Counted from the stretch's first letter, positions 19,130 through 27,611 are shown. The stretch: 32,000 nucleotides of DNA from Delftia acidovorans NBRC 14950 (GCF_001598795.1 NZ_BCZP01000040.1:1-32000), one strand, 5' to 3'. A program made the numbers and translations. The notes: a model not told the origin generated them from the sequence alone.

Positions 19130-21472
19130 ATGACACGCAGAGTCACCATACACACGCCATTGGGCGAGCAGCTGCATTTCCGTGAATTGCGCGGCCAGGA
19201 AAACATCAGCCAGCTCTTCAGCCTCGATGTGGAAATGCTCAGCGAAAGCGAAAGCATCGATCCCAAGGCCCTATTGGGCAAAAACGCCACCATAGAAATA
19301 GAAACCCAGGGCGGTGGCAGGCGCTTCATCGACGGCATCGTCACCCGCTTCGGCATGCAGGGCCAGGACCACCGCCACTATGCCTACAAGGCGCGCCTGA
19401 GCCCCTGGCTGTGGCTGGCCACGCGCAAGAGCGACTTTCGCATCTTCCAGAACCAGACCGTGCCCGACATCATCGAGCAGGTATTGGGCGTCTATGGCCA
19501 TCCCCTGCAAAAGAAACTCACGCGCGCCTATCGCAGCTGGGACTACTGCGTTCAATACAACGAAAGCGATTGCGACTTTGTCTCGCGATTGATGGAGCAC
19601 GAAGGCATTTACTACTTCTTCGAGCATGCCTCGGGCCAGCACACCCTGGTTCTGTGCGACGACATCATTGCCTCGCATGGCGCATTGCCAGGTGGCGAAT
19701 CCATTCCCTTCTATCCCCCGGAAAAAGCCGCCGCAGGCGATCAGGAAAACATCCACGCCTGGCAGCTGGAGCAGGAAATCAAATCGGGCCGCCATTACAG
19801 CGACGACTACGACTTCAAGAAACCCCGGGCCGACCTCACCCACCTGCGGCGCGACCCACCGGGCCACGCCCATGACGGCCATGAAATCTACGAATGGCCG
19901 GGCGGCTACACCCAGCTGAGCGACGGTGAGGACTACATCCGCGTGCGCCTGAAGGAAAGCCTCACGGGCCAAAGCCGGGTGCGGGGCCAGTCCTGCCACC
20001 GGGCGCTGGCCACGGGCTACACCTTCAGCCTCTACAACTACCCGCGCGGCGACCAGAACCAGCAGTACCTGATCACGGGCCTGAGCTACCACCTCAAGGA
20101 GAACCCCCGCGTCAGCGCCATCAGTCCCATCAGTGCCGTGGCCCCTGGCGCCAAGGGCAGCGCCGCGGAGGACGGCTCCTTCCAGCGCTACGAGTTGCAG
20201 GCCCAGCCCACGAGTCTTGCCTACACGCCCGCACGCACCACGCCCAAGCCCCGCACCACGGGCCCGCAGACCGCCGTCGTCGTGGGCCCGGCCGGAGAAG
20301 AAATCTGGACCGACGAATACGGCCGCATCAAGGTGCAGTTCCACTGGGACCGGCTGGGCGGCATGAACGAGAACTCCAGCTGCTGGATCCGCGTGGCCAC
20401 GAACTGGGCGGGCCCGGGGTTCGGGGCCATCTCCATTCCGCGCATAGGGCATGAAGTCGTCGTCGACTTCCTCAACGGCGACCCGGACTCCCCGCTGGTC
20501 ACGGGCTGCGTCTACAACGCGGCCAACATGCCGCCCTGGGCGCTGCCGGCCAACGCCACGCAATCGGGCATCAAGACCAGATCGAGCAAGGGCGGCGCCG
20601 CAGGCGCGGGCATGAAGAACGGCCCGGGCGACGCCAACGCCATCCGCTTCGAGGACAAGGCAGGCGCCGAACAGCTGTGGCTGCACGCGCAAAAGGACCA
20701 GCTCACCGAGGTCGAGAACGACGAGGACAAATGGGTGGGCAACGACCGGCGCAAGACCGTGGACCGTGACGAGACCAACGTCATCCACCGGGACCGCACC
20801 GAGACCGTGGACCGCGACGAGACCATCACCGTGCACAACAACCGCACGGAGCGGGTGGACCACAACGAGAAGGTCAGCATCGGCGACAACCGCAATGAGG
20901 ATGTGGGCCTCAACGAACACATCGCCATCGGCAAGAACCAGCGCATGCGCATAGGCGCCAGCAAGTCCGAGACCGTGGCCCTGAGCTACACGCAGAGCAC
21001 GGGCATCGCCAAGATGATGAACGTCGGCATGGCCTACAGCCGCAATGTCGGCATGGCGATGAACTCCTTCGTCGGGCTCATGAAGGCCAGCCAGGTAGGC
21101 GGAACCCAGTCGCTGAAGGTAGGCCAGACCTATAGCGCAGACATCGGCAAGCGCATGGACCTCAGCGTGGGCGAGCGCCAATCGGTGACCGTGGGCCAGA
21201 TCAGCGTGCACTCCAGCGGAGAGCATCTGGAGCTGGCCTGCGGCAAGGCCAGGATCGTCCTCCAGAGCAATGGCGGCATCTACCTGCAGGGCGTGCACAT
21301 CCAATTGCAGGGCGAAGGCGCCATCAACGGCGACGCCGGCCGCATCCACTGGAACTGCGGCGCCAGCCAGTCCGCACCGTCCGCTCCGCCAGGCTCCTCC
21401 CCATCACCCGCCGCAGCCGACGCGCAGCCGCTGCCCGAGCTTGTGGGAATCAACGGAACCGTCGGGCGCTGA
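19130..21472 (+). CDS. vgrG: Type VI secretion system spike protein VgrG.
   Basis: A 780-aa ORF. The N-terminus MTRRVTIHTPLGEQLHFRELRGQENISQLFSLDVEMLSE is classic VgrG/gp27. The gp5-like beta-helix repeats are DRDETNVIHRDRTETVDRDETITVHNNRTERVDHNEKVSIGDN. The C-terminal tail is rich in Pro, Ser and Ala. Confidence 0.92.
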   Translation: MTRRVTIHTPLGEQLHFRELRGQENISQLFSLDVEMLSESESIDPKALLGKNATIEIETQGGGRRFIDGIVTRFGMQGQDHRHYAYKARLSPWLWLATRKSDFRIFQNQTVPDIIEQVLGVYGHPLQKKLTRAYRSWDYCVQYNESDCDFVSRLMEHEGIYYFFEHASGQHTLVLCDDIIASHGALPGGESIPFYPPEKAAAGDQENIHAWQLEQEIKSGRHYSDDYDFKKPRADLTHLRRDPPGHAHDGHEIYEWPGGYTQLSDGEDYIRVRLKESLTGQSRVRGQSCHRALATGYTFSLYNYPRGDQNQQYLITGLSYHLKENPRVSAISPISAVAPGAKGSAAEDGSFQRYELQAQPTSLAYTPARTTPKPRTTGPQTAVVVGPAGEEIWTDEYGRIKVQFHWDRLGGMNENSSCWIRVATNWAGPGFGAISIPRIGHEVVVDFLNGDPDSPLVTGCVYNAANMPPWALPANATQSGIKTRSSKGGAAGAGMKNGPGDANAIRFEDKAGAEQLWLHAQKDQLTEVENDEDKWVGNDRRKTVDRDETNVIHRDRTETVDRDETITVHNNRTERVDHNEKVSIGDNRNEDVGLNEHIAIGKNQRMRIGASKSETVALSYTQSTGIAKMMNVGMAYSRNVGMAMNSFVGLMKASQVGGTQSLKVGQTYSADIGKRMDLSVGERQSVTVGQISVHSSGEHLELACGKARIVLQSNGGIYLQGVHIQLQGEGAINGDAGRIHWNCGASQSAPSAPPGSSPSPAAADAQPLPELVGINGTVGR

Positions 21473-21496
21473 GCATCTTTCAAGGGAGGAACCGGC

Positions 21497-24400
21497 ATGA
21501 ACAAACCCGCAGCCCGCCAGGGCGACATGACCAAGAAGGGCGGCCCTGTCATCCAGGGCTCGTCCACCGTCTTCATCGGCTCCAGTGGCGGCGTCGCCTG
21601 CTCGGCATGCCCGGGCGGACGCGCCGAAGGCAACCCTGTCAACCCCGTGCTGGGCGCCAAGGTCCTGACCGCAGAAGTCGACCTGGCCCTGCCAGGACCG
21701 CTGCCGCTGCACCTCTCGCGCGACTACTCCAGCTACCAGACGCCCACGCCAGCCCCCGTGGGCCTGCTGGGTCCGGGCTGGTGGATGCCCGGCGAACTTG
21801 GCCTGCAGGCAAGCCGCGAGCAGCTCATCGTTCACGACGGCAAGGGCCGCAGCATCTGCTTCGACCCGCTGGCGCCCGGCGAAGTCGCCTACAGCGCCAG
21901 CGAGCACCTTTGGCTGGTACGCGGCGGCAGGGAGCGGCTGCTGGGCGAGGGCCATCCTCAGCGCGTGGCGCATTCCTACCTGGCCCTGCCTTTGGAACTG
22001 CGACAGGGCCGCGACTTCATCCTGGCCACCTCGTCTGCCCTGGGGCCGTGGTGGGTGCTGGGCCCCGAGCGCGGCATGGCGGCTGGCACCGAAGCCGCTG
22101 AATCCACCGATCCGGATACAGCCACCAGCGAAGACCCGCCCGGCCTGGACAAGCGCCATGTGCTGCTGGGCCTTGTTGACCGATTCGGCAACCAGCTGCG
22201 GCTGTTTCGCCACGCCAAGGGCGAGTTCAAGGGACTGGTGAACTTCATTGATGACGGCGCGGGCCGGCGCTATCAGCTGGAGCTGCAGCGCTGCAGTCCT
22301 GCGCAGGAGGCGGCGCACGGCTGGGGGGCGGACGCCGGCATCCGCCTGGTGGCCGTGCATCTGAAGCGCGACCCGGCTTTCGGCAGGCAACCGCCCCCGG
22401 AGCCCCTGGTGCGCTACGAGTACAGCCCGCACGGGGAACTGCAGGCCGTCCATGGGCGCGATGGCCGGATCATGCGGCGCTTTCTCTATGACCCGCGGCA
22501 CCCGGGCCGCATGGTGGGCCACAGCCATGCGGGCCGCCCCACCAGCCGCTACACCTACGACGACCAGGGCCGGGTCATCGAGCAGCACAACCCCGAGGGA
22601 CTGGACTACCGCTTTGACTACAGCGCCCACCAGGAGCCCGGCGCCGACCCTGCCAGCCCGCCCCAGGCCAGCACCCTGGTCACCGACGGCCTGGGACGCC
22701 AGCGCCTCTACCTCTTCACCGGCGAAGGCGGCCTGCGTCGCATTGCCTGCATCATCGAGGCCGATGGCAGCCGGCACAGCTATCGCCATGACAGCGCGGG
22801 CCGGCTGGTCGAGGCCACCGACCCGCTGGGACGGCAGACCACCTACCGGCTGGATACCGCCAGCGGCGACGTCACCCGCATCACCGACAGCGCCGGGCGC
22901 ACAACCGAGCTGCAGTACAACCTGCACGGACAGGTCACCCGCAGCAGCACCCCGGCCGCAGGCAACGAATCCGCTGTCCACCAATGGCGCTACGACCCGC
23001 TGGGACTGCTGCAGGAGCACATCGACCCTCTGGGCCACAGCACCCGCTATCACTACCCGGAGCCCGCCTCCGATGTCCGGCCTGCCGGCGCCGAGCCCTC
23101 CCCCCTGCGCCACTTGCCCATCGCCGTCACCGATGCCAAGGGCGGACGCCAGGAACTCCAATGGGACGCCCGTGGCCTGCTGCTGCGCCGCCAGGACTGC
23201 TCCGGCCGCAGCACACGCCAGGCCCACGACGCCTGGGGAAACCTGGTGGCCATCTACGGCGAGGAAGGCGGCAAGCTGTCGTTCACCTACGATGACGCCG
23301 CCCGGCTGACGGCCAGCATCAACGCGCTGGGCGAGGTTACGCGCTATGGCTACAACGCCAGCGGCGACCTCGAACGCATCGAACACCCTGACGGCCACCT
23401 GGAGCAATTTGCCCTCGATGCGTGGGGCCGCACCATCGGCTACCGCTACGGAGCCCAGGGCAGCTTCTTCCACCAACGCTACCTGCGGGACAAGGCCGGC
23501 CGCCTGGTCGAGCTGCACAACGAAAACGCCAGCATCCATCGCCTTCGCTACGACAGCCAGGACCGGGTGGTCGAAGAGACCGGGTTTGACGCCAGCCCCA
23601 GGCACTACCAATACAACGCGGCCGGCCAGGTCACCGCCAGCAGCGACGCCCTGCACCGGACCCTCCACCACTACGACGAGCGCAATGGCCGGCTGCTGGC
23701 GCGCAGCATCTCGGCCCTGGACACCGAAGGCCAGGATGCGGCCCCCATCGCCACGGAGCACTTCGACTACGACAGCGCGGGCACCCTGACCGGCGCCCAC
23801 CACGTGGTGCACGGCGGCTACCGGCTGGGCACCCTGTTCGAGCGCGACCTGCTGGGCCGCACGCTTGCGGAGACCCAGCAAATGCATGGCCCGCTGGGCG
23901 AGCTGCTGTGGCAGCACCGAAGCCAGCGGCAACTGGACGAGATGGGACAGGTCACGCAAAGCACCATCACCGGACTGCCTCCACTGCAATGGCTGCACTA
24001 CGGCCCGGGCCACCTGCACGGCCTTTTGCTGAGCGGGCGCAACGTGCTGGAGCTGGAACGCGATGCCCGCCACCGGGAGATACAACGGCGCTGCGGAGCC
24101 ACGACCGTGCAGCGCGCCTATGACAGCCTCTCGCGCCTGACCACCACCCGCCTGATCAGGGACACTACCCATCTGCGCGGCCCCGGCGCGGCCAACGCCC
24201 AGGCTGCCGGCGAAACCGCATCAGGCCCCGTGCTGAGCCAACTCAACCGCAGCCATCAATACAACGCACTGGGCCAGTTGTGCGGCACAGGCACGGCGCA
24301 AGGCCCCTGGGCCTACGCCTATGACCCCGCAGGCCGCCTGGTCCAGGCCAAAGGCCCGGGCATGGATCAGCGCTGGCAGTACGACAGCGCCGGCAACCGG

Positions 24401-25897
24401 CTGTTTGCGCACCAGCAGAGCCATCATGCCGCCCGCCAATGGAGCGACGAAGTCCGGCAGAACCTGCATGACCCGGACTTCAACCTCCTGCAGGCAGACC
24501 ACCGCGACCGGGACCGCAGCCACCCGCCCTGTTGGCCCGGCAACCGCATCCTGCAGGACGACCAGCACCAGTACCGCCATGACAGAGCGGGCAACCTGCT
24601 GGAAAAAAGAGGCCCGCAGCAAACCCATCGCTACCAATGGGACCATGCCAATCGCCTCATAGGCCATGCCGTGCAAACGAACGATGCGGGCCATGAGCAC
24701 GAAGGATCCGCCCGCACGGATGAAGCGCCCACCAGCCAATACTTCTACGACGTCTTCGGCCGCCGCATCGCCCGACGAATCCCCCAAAGCGCCACCCCTG
24801 CTGCCAGCCACCCCACCGGTGCCGGTGTGGCAAAGGGTGACGACAACGCAACCCTGGTCTTCTACGGCTGGGACGGCGACCGGCTCACCCTCACCCAATT
24901 GCCGGCCCAGAACCACCGGCCAATGCGGCGCATCCACACCCTGTACGAACCGGACAGCCACGTTCCCCTGCTGCGCGTGGAAACCGCAGGGCTGCCTCCG
25001 GAAGTCAACCTGGCCGACCTGTGGGAGCAAGACAGCGGCCACACCACCGATGCACAGCAGCGAAGCATGCTGGCCGAAGTGCAAAAGCAGATCCTGGCGG
25101 GCCCCAGCCCCCAGATGCGCCAGACCCTGGCCGAATTCGGCCTGGACGCCGACGCGCTGCGGGAGAAACTCCTGCCGCCCGCCGCCGCCATCACCCATAT
25201 CCACCTCTACCACTGCGATCACCTCGGAACGCCCCTTGCCCTGATCGACCCGCTGGGAAAAATCGACTGGCATATCGAACTCGATCCCTGGGGCAACTGC
25301 ATCAGGGAATACAACCCCAACCATCTCCACCAACCTATTCGGATGCAGGGACAGCATCTGGATGAGGAATCGGGGCTGTTCTACAACAGGCATCGGTATT
25401 ACGACCCGGCGTTGGGGAGGTATATCAGCCGTGATCCGATTGGGTTGATGGGGGGCATTAATTTTTATGAATATGCCAACACCAACCCTTGCAATGCATA
25501 TGATCCATTGGGACTGCAAGCCGTAGCTGCGCAGTCCTGTGTATATACCCAATCCACCGGCAATCTCACATGTACAAGAGATGGTATTGAAACAGTAAAT
25601 AATAACGGATATGCCGGAGCGGGGCAGGGGAGAAACAATCCCGACATGCAAGATGTTTTAAATACTGGCCCATTGCCACGTGGAAACTATACGATAGGAG
25701 AAGCATTTAGACACAGGACTGCCGGTATTGCTACAAGACGTCTGACGCCGGCACCCGAAAATGATATGCAAGGACGTGCAGGATTCCTTATTCATGGGGA
25801 CAATGCAACAGGCACAGCCTCTGAGGGATGTATTGTAATGCCTCGCACGATAAGAGATAGTCTTAATGATGGTGACTCTCTGGAGGTAATTAGATGA
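21497..25897 (+). CDS. PAAR-like/Rhs-family polymorphic T6SS toxin with a C-terminal L,D-transpeptidase-like (Tlde1/DUF2778-like) toxin domain.
   Basis: A 1466-aa ORF with a GGGAGGA Shine-Dalgarno sequence 6 nt upstream. The N-terminus is KPAARQGDM...GSSTVFIG...NPVNPVLGAKV...DLALPGPLPLHLSRDYSS. Many YD repeats follow. The Rhs core end is YYDPALGRYISRDPIGLMGGINFYEYANTNPCNAYDPLGL, which carries the PxxxxDPxGL cleavage motif. A 126-aa tip then runs from 25517 to 25894 and contains GPLPRGNYTIG...GRAGFLIHGDNATGTASEGCIVM. Confidence 0.9.
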   Translation: MNKPAARQGDMTKKGGPVIQGSSTVFIGSSGGVACSACPGGRAEGNPVNPVLGAKVLTAEVDLALPGPLPLHLSRDYSSYQTPTPAPVGLLGPGWWMPGELGLQASREQLIVHDGKGRSICFDPLAPGEVAYSASEHLWLVRGGRERLLGEGHPQRVAHSYLALPLELRQGRDFILATSSALGPWWVLGPERGMAAGTEAAESTDPDTATSEDPPGLDKRHVLLGLVDRFGNQLRLFRHAKGEFKGLVNFIDDGAGRRYQLELQRCSPAQEAAHGWGADAGIRLVAVHLKRDPAFGRQPPPEPLVRYEYSPHGELQAVHGRDGRIMRRFLYDPRHPGRMVGHSHAGRPTSRYTYDDQGRVIEQHNPEGLDYRFDYSAHQEPGADPASPPQASTLVTDGLGRQRLYLFTGEGGLRRIACIIEADGSRHSYRHDSAGRLVEATDPLGRQTTYRLDTASGDVTRITDSAGRTTELQYNLHGQVTRSSTPAAGNESAVHQWRYDPLGLLQEHIDPLGHSTRYHYPEPASDVRPAGAEPSPLRHLPIAVTDAKGGRQELQWDARGLLLRRQDCSGRSTRQAHDAWGNLVAIYGEEGGKLSFTYDDAARLTASINALGEVTRYGYNASGDLERIEHPDGHLEQFALDAWGRTIGYRYGAQGSFFHQRYLRDKAGRLVELHNENASIHRLRYDSQDRVVEETGFDASPRHYQYNAAGQVTASSDALHRTLHHYDERNGRLLARSISALDTEGQDAAPIATEHFDYDSAGTLTGAHHVVHGGYRLGTLFERDLLGRTLAETQQMHGPLGELLWQHRSQRQLDEMGQVTQSTITGLPPLQWLHYGPGHLHGLLLSGRNVLELERDARHREIQRRCGATTVQRAYDSLSRLTTTRLIRDTTHLRGPGAANAQAAGETASGPVLSQLNRSHQYNALGQLCGTGTAQGPWAYAYDPAGRLVQAKGPGMDQRWQYDSAGNRLFAHQQSHHAARQWSDEVRQNLHDPDFNLLQADHRDRDRSHPPCWPGNRILQDDQHQYRHDRAGNLLEKRGPQQTHRYQWDHANRLIGHAVQTNDAGHEHEGSARTDEAPTSQYFYDVFGRRIARRIPQSATPAASHPTGAGVAKGDDNATLVFYGWDGDRLTLTQLPAQNHRPMRRIHTLYEPDSHVPLLRVETAGLPPEVNLADLWEQDSGHTTDAQQRSMLAEVQKQILAGPSPQMRQTLAEFGLDADALREKLLPPAAAITHIHLYHCDHLGTPLALIDPLGKIDWHIELDPWGNCIREYNPNHLHQPIRMQGQHLDEESGLFYNRHRYYDPALGRYISRDPIGLMGGINFYEYANTNPCNAYDPLGLQAVAAQSCVYTQSTGNLTCTRDGIETVNNNGYAGAGQGRNNPDMQDVLNTGPLPRGNYTIGEAFRHRTAGIATRRLTPAPENDMQGRAGFLIHGDNATGTASEGCIVMPRTIRDSLNDGDSLEVIR

Positions 25898-26391
25898 GGT
25901 TTTCGAAAAATTTTCTGATTTTAACTACACTTGTCCTACCCTCCATAGCAATGAGTGATGTGGCATGCCTCAAGGAAATACAGACTTCAAAGAAGCAACC
26001 TTCTAACAACGAGGTGAGCACGGCTGCATGGAATTGTCTGGATTCGCTTACAGAAAATATAATATCTGGCGATATTAACGCAATTGATGATGGCGTTAAA
26101 TTATTGCACCACACAGATGCTGGATATACATCCACGATAAAAATATCGTTAGGACTTGCTTTAAAAAAGGAGCCCGAACATGTGATGATTAATCTAAAAG
26201 AAAATCATTCATTATTAATATATGTATGTAGTTTAAATTTTATTGAACCAGAAATTAATTTCGTTAAAGAATATTATCAATCAACGAGAGAAAAATTAGA
26301 AAATATAAAGAGCAGGTATTTAGTTAAAGAAAAGGATCTATGCATCAAAAATATGAACCGTTCTTACAAATTATTTTTCATGGAGAATTAA
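25894..26391 (+). CDS. Putative cognate immunity protein; secreted/periplasmic, no recognisable family.
   Basis: A 165-aa ORF. Its ATG overlaps the rhs TGA in an ATGA arrangement, and a GGAGG Shine-Dalgarno sequence lies 7 nt upstream. The N-terminal signal peptide is MRFSKNFLILTTLVLPSIAMS. G+C content is very low, matching the toxin tip. Its position is typical for Rhs immunity genes. Confidence 0.7.
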   Translation: MRFSKNFLILTTLVLPSIAMSDVACLKEIQTSKKQPSNNEVSTAAWNCLDSLTENIISGDINAIDDGVKLLHHTDAGYTSTIKISLGLALKKEPEHVMINLKENHSLLIYVCSLNFIEPEINFVKEYYQSTREKLENIKSRYLVKEKDLCIKNMNRSYKLFFMEN

Positions 26392-26691
26392 TTTTTATTG
26401 AATTGAGAATTTCAACCATTTGACATAAAATATTACACCCTATACCAAATCAATAGAACAACCTAACTTATCAAATAAAACGATATCTCAAATGAATATA
26501 GAAAAATTTCAGAAGATATAAACATATTCAATCTCGCCGCCAATATCCATTGACAAGTCAATATTGCATTTAGCGCGTGTTGTGCACTTTGAAGTACCCG
26601 CATTGGCTTTGTACGCTGGTTATCGCAAGGCACAGTGCGCAGCCAAGGCTGGTGCCTTGGCAGTCATTGCAACGCTGTGAGCGCCTACCGG

Positions 26692-27216
26692 TCAATTCAA
26701 GTCCAGCAGCGAGCGGTGGACATGGATGGCCTTGCAGGCGTCGGCAATCCTGGCGTTCACCAGGCCCAGCGCACACTCCATGTGCTCGGCGATCTGGCGC
26801 TGGGTGAGGCCCTTGATGCGGTACAGCTCGAAGGTCTCGCGGGTCTTGGGCGGCACCTCGTCCAGGGCCTGGTCGATCAGGCGTATGGCCTGGGACTCGA
26901 ACAAAAGGCGCTCGGGCGAGCGGCTGTCCGGTATCTCCAGCGTCTCCACATCCACGCCGTGGGTGCGGTAGCTGTTCTCGCGCTCCTGGCGGCGCAGGTA
27001 GTCCAGCGCCATGTTGCAGACGGCGCGCGTCCAGTAGGCGGCGGGCCTGGCGATCTCGGCATCGCTGCGCATCTCGGCAACGCGCAGATAGGTGTCCTGC
27101 ACGGCGTCGTCGGCCAGTTCGGGATTCCTGAGAATTCTTCGCGCGACCCTCACCAACTGTCCACGCGAAGCAATGAAAACCTCTTCCAGCGAAGAATGTG
27201 TGTGATTCAAGGACAC
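26692..27216 (-). CDS. ECF sigma-70 family factor, iron-starvation (PvdS/FecI-like) type.
   Basis: A 174-aa ORF with a GTG start preceded by a GAGGAA Shine-Dalgarno sequence. The region 2 motif is DDAVQDTYLRV...AYWTRAVCNMALDYLRRQ. The region 4 motif is LDEVPPKTRETFELYRIKGLTQRQIAEHMECALGLVNARI. The overall pattern resembles PvdS as recalled from memory. Confidence 0.85.
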   Translation of the reverse strand: MSLNHTHSSLEEVFIASRGQLVRVARRILRNPELADDAVQDTYLRVAEMRSDAEIARPAAYWTRAVCNMALDYLRRQERENSYRTHGVDVETLEIPDSRSPERLLFESQAIRLIDQALDEVPPKTRETFELYRIKGLTQRQIAEHMECALGLVNARIADACKAIHVHRSLLDLN

Positions 27217-27372
27217 GATGCAGTTCCTCTCGCAAGCTAGGCAAGAACGTCAAGGGGAAATGTCGACCGCAGGTCGATGGACTGCCGGCGCGCCGCCCGT
27301 TCAAAAAGACGGGAACGGGGCTCGGCACAGGCGGAAAGCGGCGGCACGACCGCTGACCGCAGGGCATCAGTG

Positions 27373-27394
27373 CACGCCGATGCGCATCGGCGTG
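27373..27394. repeat. Perfect 22-bp palindrome CACGCCGATGCGCATCGGCGTG.
   Basis: Read directly. The full length is self-complementary. It lies in the non-coding region upstream of the ECF sigma gene. Confidence 0.95.
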
Positions 27395-27418
27395 ACTTGG
27401 GGAATCGGGCCTTAGATC

Positions 27419-27462
27419 GGCCTCATACCGGCTTCATGGCGGCCTCATACCGGCTTCATGGC
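27419..27462. repeat. Perfect 22-bp tandem duplication (GGCCTCATACCGGCTTCATGGC)x2.
   Basis: Read directly. Copy 1 is 27419-27440 and copy 2 is 27441-27462. Confidence 0.95.
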
Positions 27463-27592
27463 GGCGGCCGACCTCGCCGGGCCCATGCGTCCTGGAACAG
27501 GATCGGCAAGGGCTGTGCGGCCTTGCAGACGTGCTGAAACTTGAACCGGGACCAAGGCATGTAGTGGTGCTCCTTTAACGTTTTCCAGAACA

Positions 27593-27611
27593 TGAAATGA
27601 GAAGCATTAAC
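27593..27611. promoter_or_regulatory. Second Fur-box-like site, upstream of the ECF sigma gene.
   Basis: TGAAATGAGAAGCATTAAC matches GATAATGATAATCATTATC at 13/19 ungapped. It lies in a local AT-rich patch about 380 nt upstream of the sigma start codon. Confidence 0.3.

Noticed and set aside
19271-25651. Minus-strand ORFs 19271..21349 (692 aa), 21404..24172 (922 aa) and 24221..25651 (476 aa).
   Set aside because: They are antisense shadows of vgrG and rhs, with no motifs. The plus-strand products are unmistakable.
25890-26135. 81-aa minus-strand ORF antisense to the immunity gene.
   Set aside because: It has no Shine-Dalgarno sequence and lies entirely within the better-supported plus-strand ORF, which is translationally coupled to rhs and has a signal peptide.
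26570-27367. 265-aa minus-strand ORF, and the 201-aa plus-strand ORF 26635..27240, both overlapping the ECF sigma gene.
   Set aside because: They are out of frame with or antisense to the 174-aa ORF, which carries clear sigma-70 region 2 and region 4 motifs. Their composition is Arg/Pro/Gly-rich.
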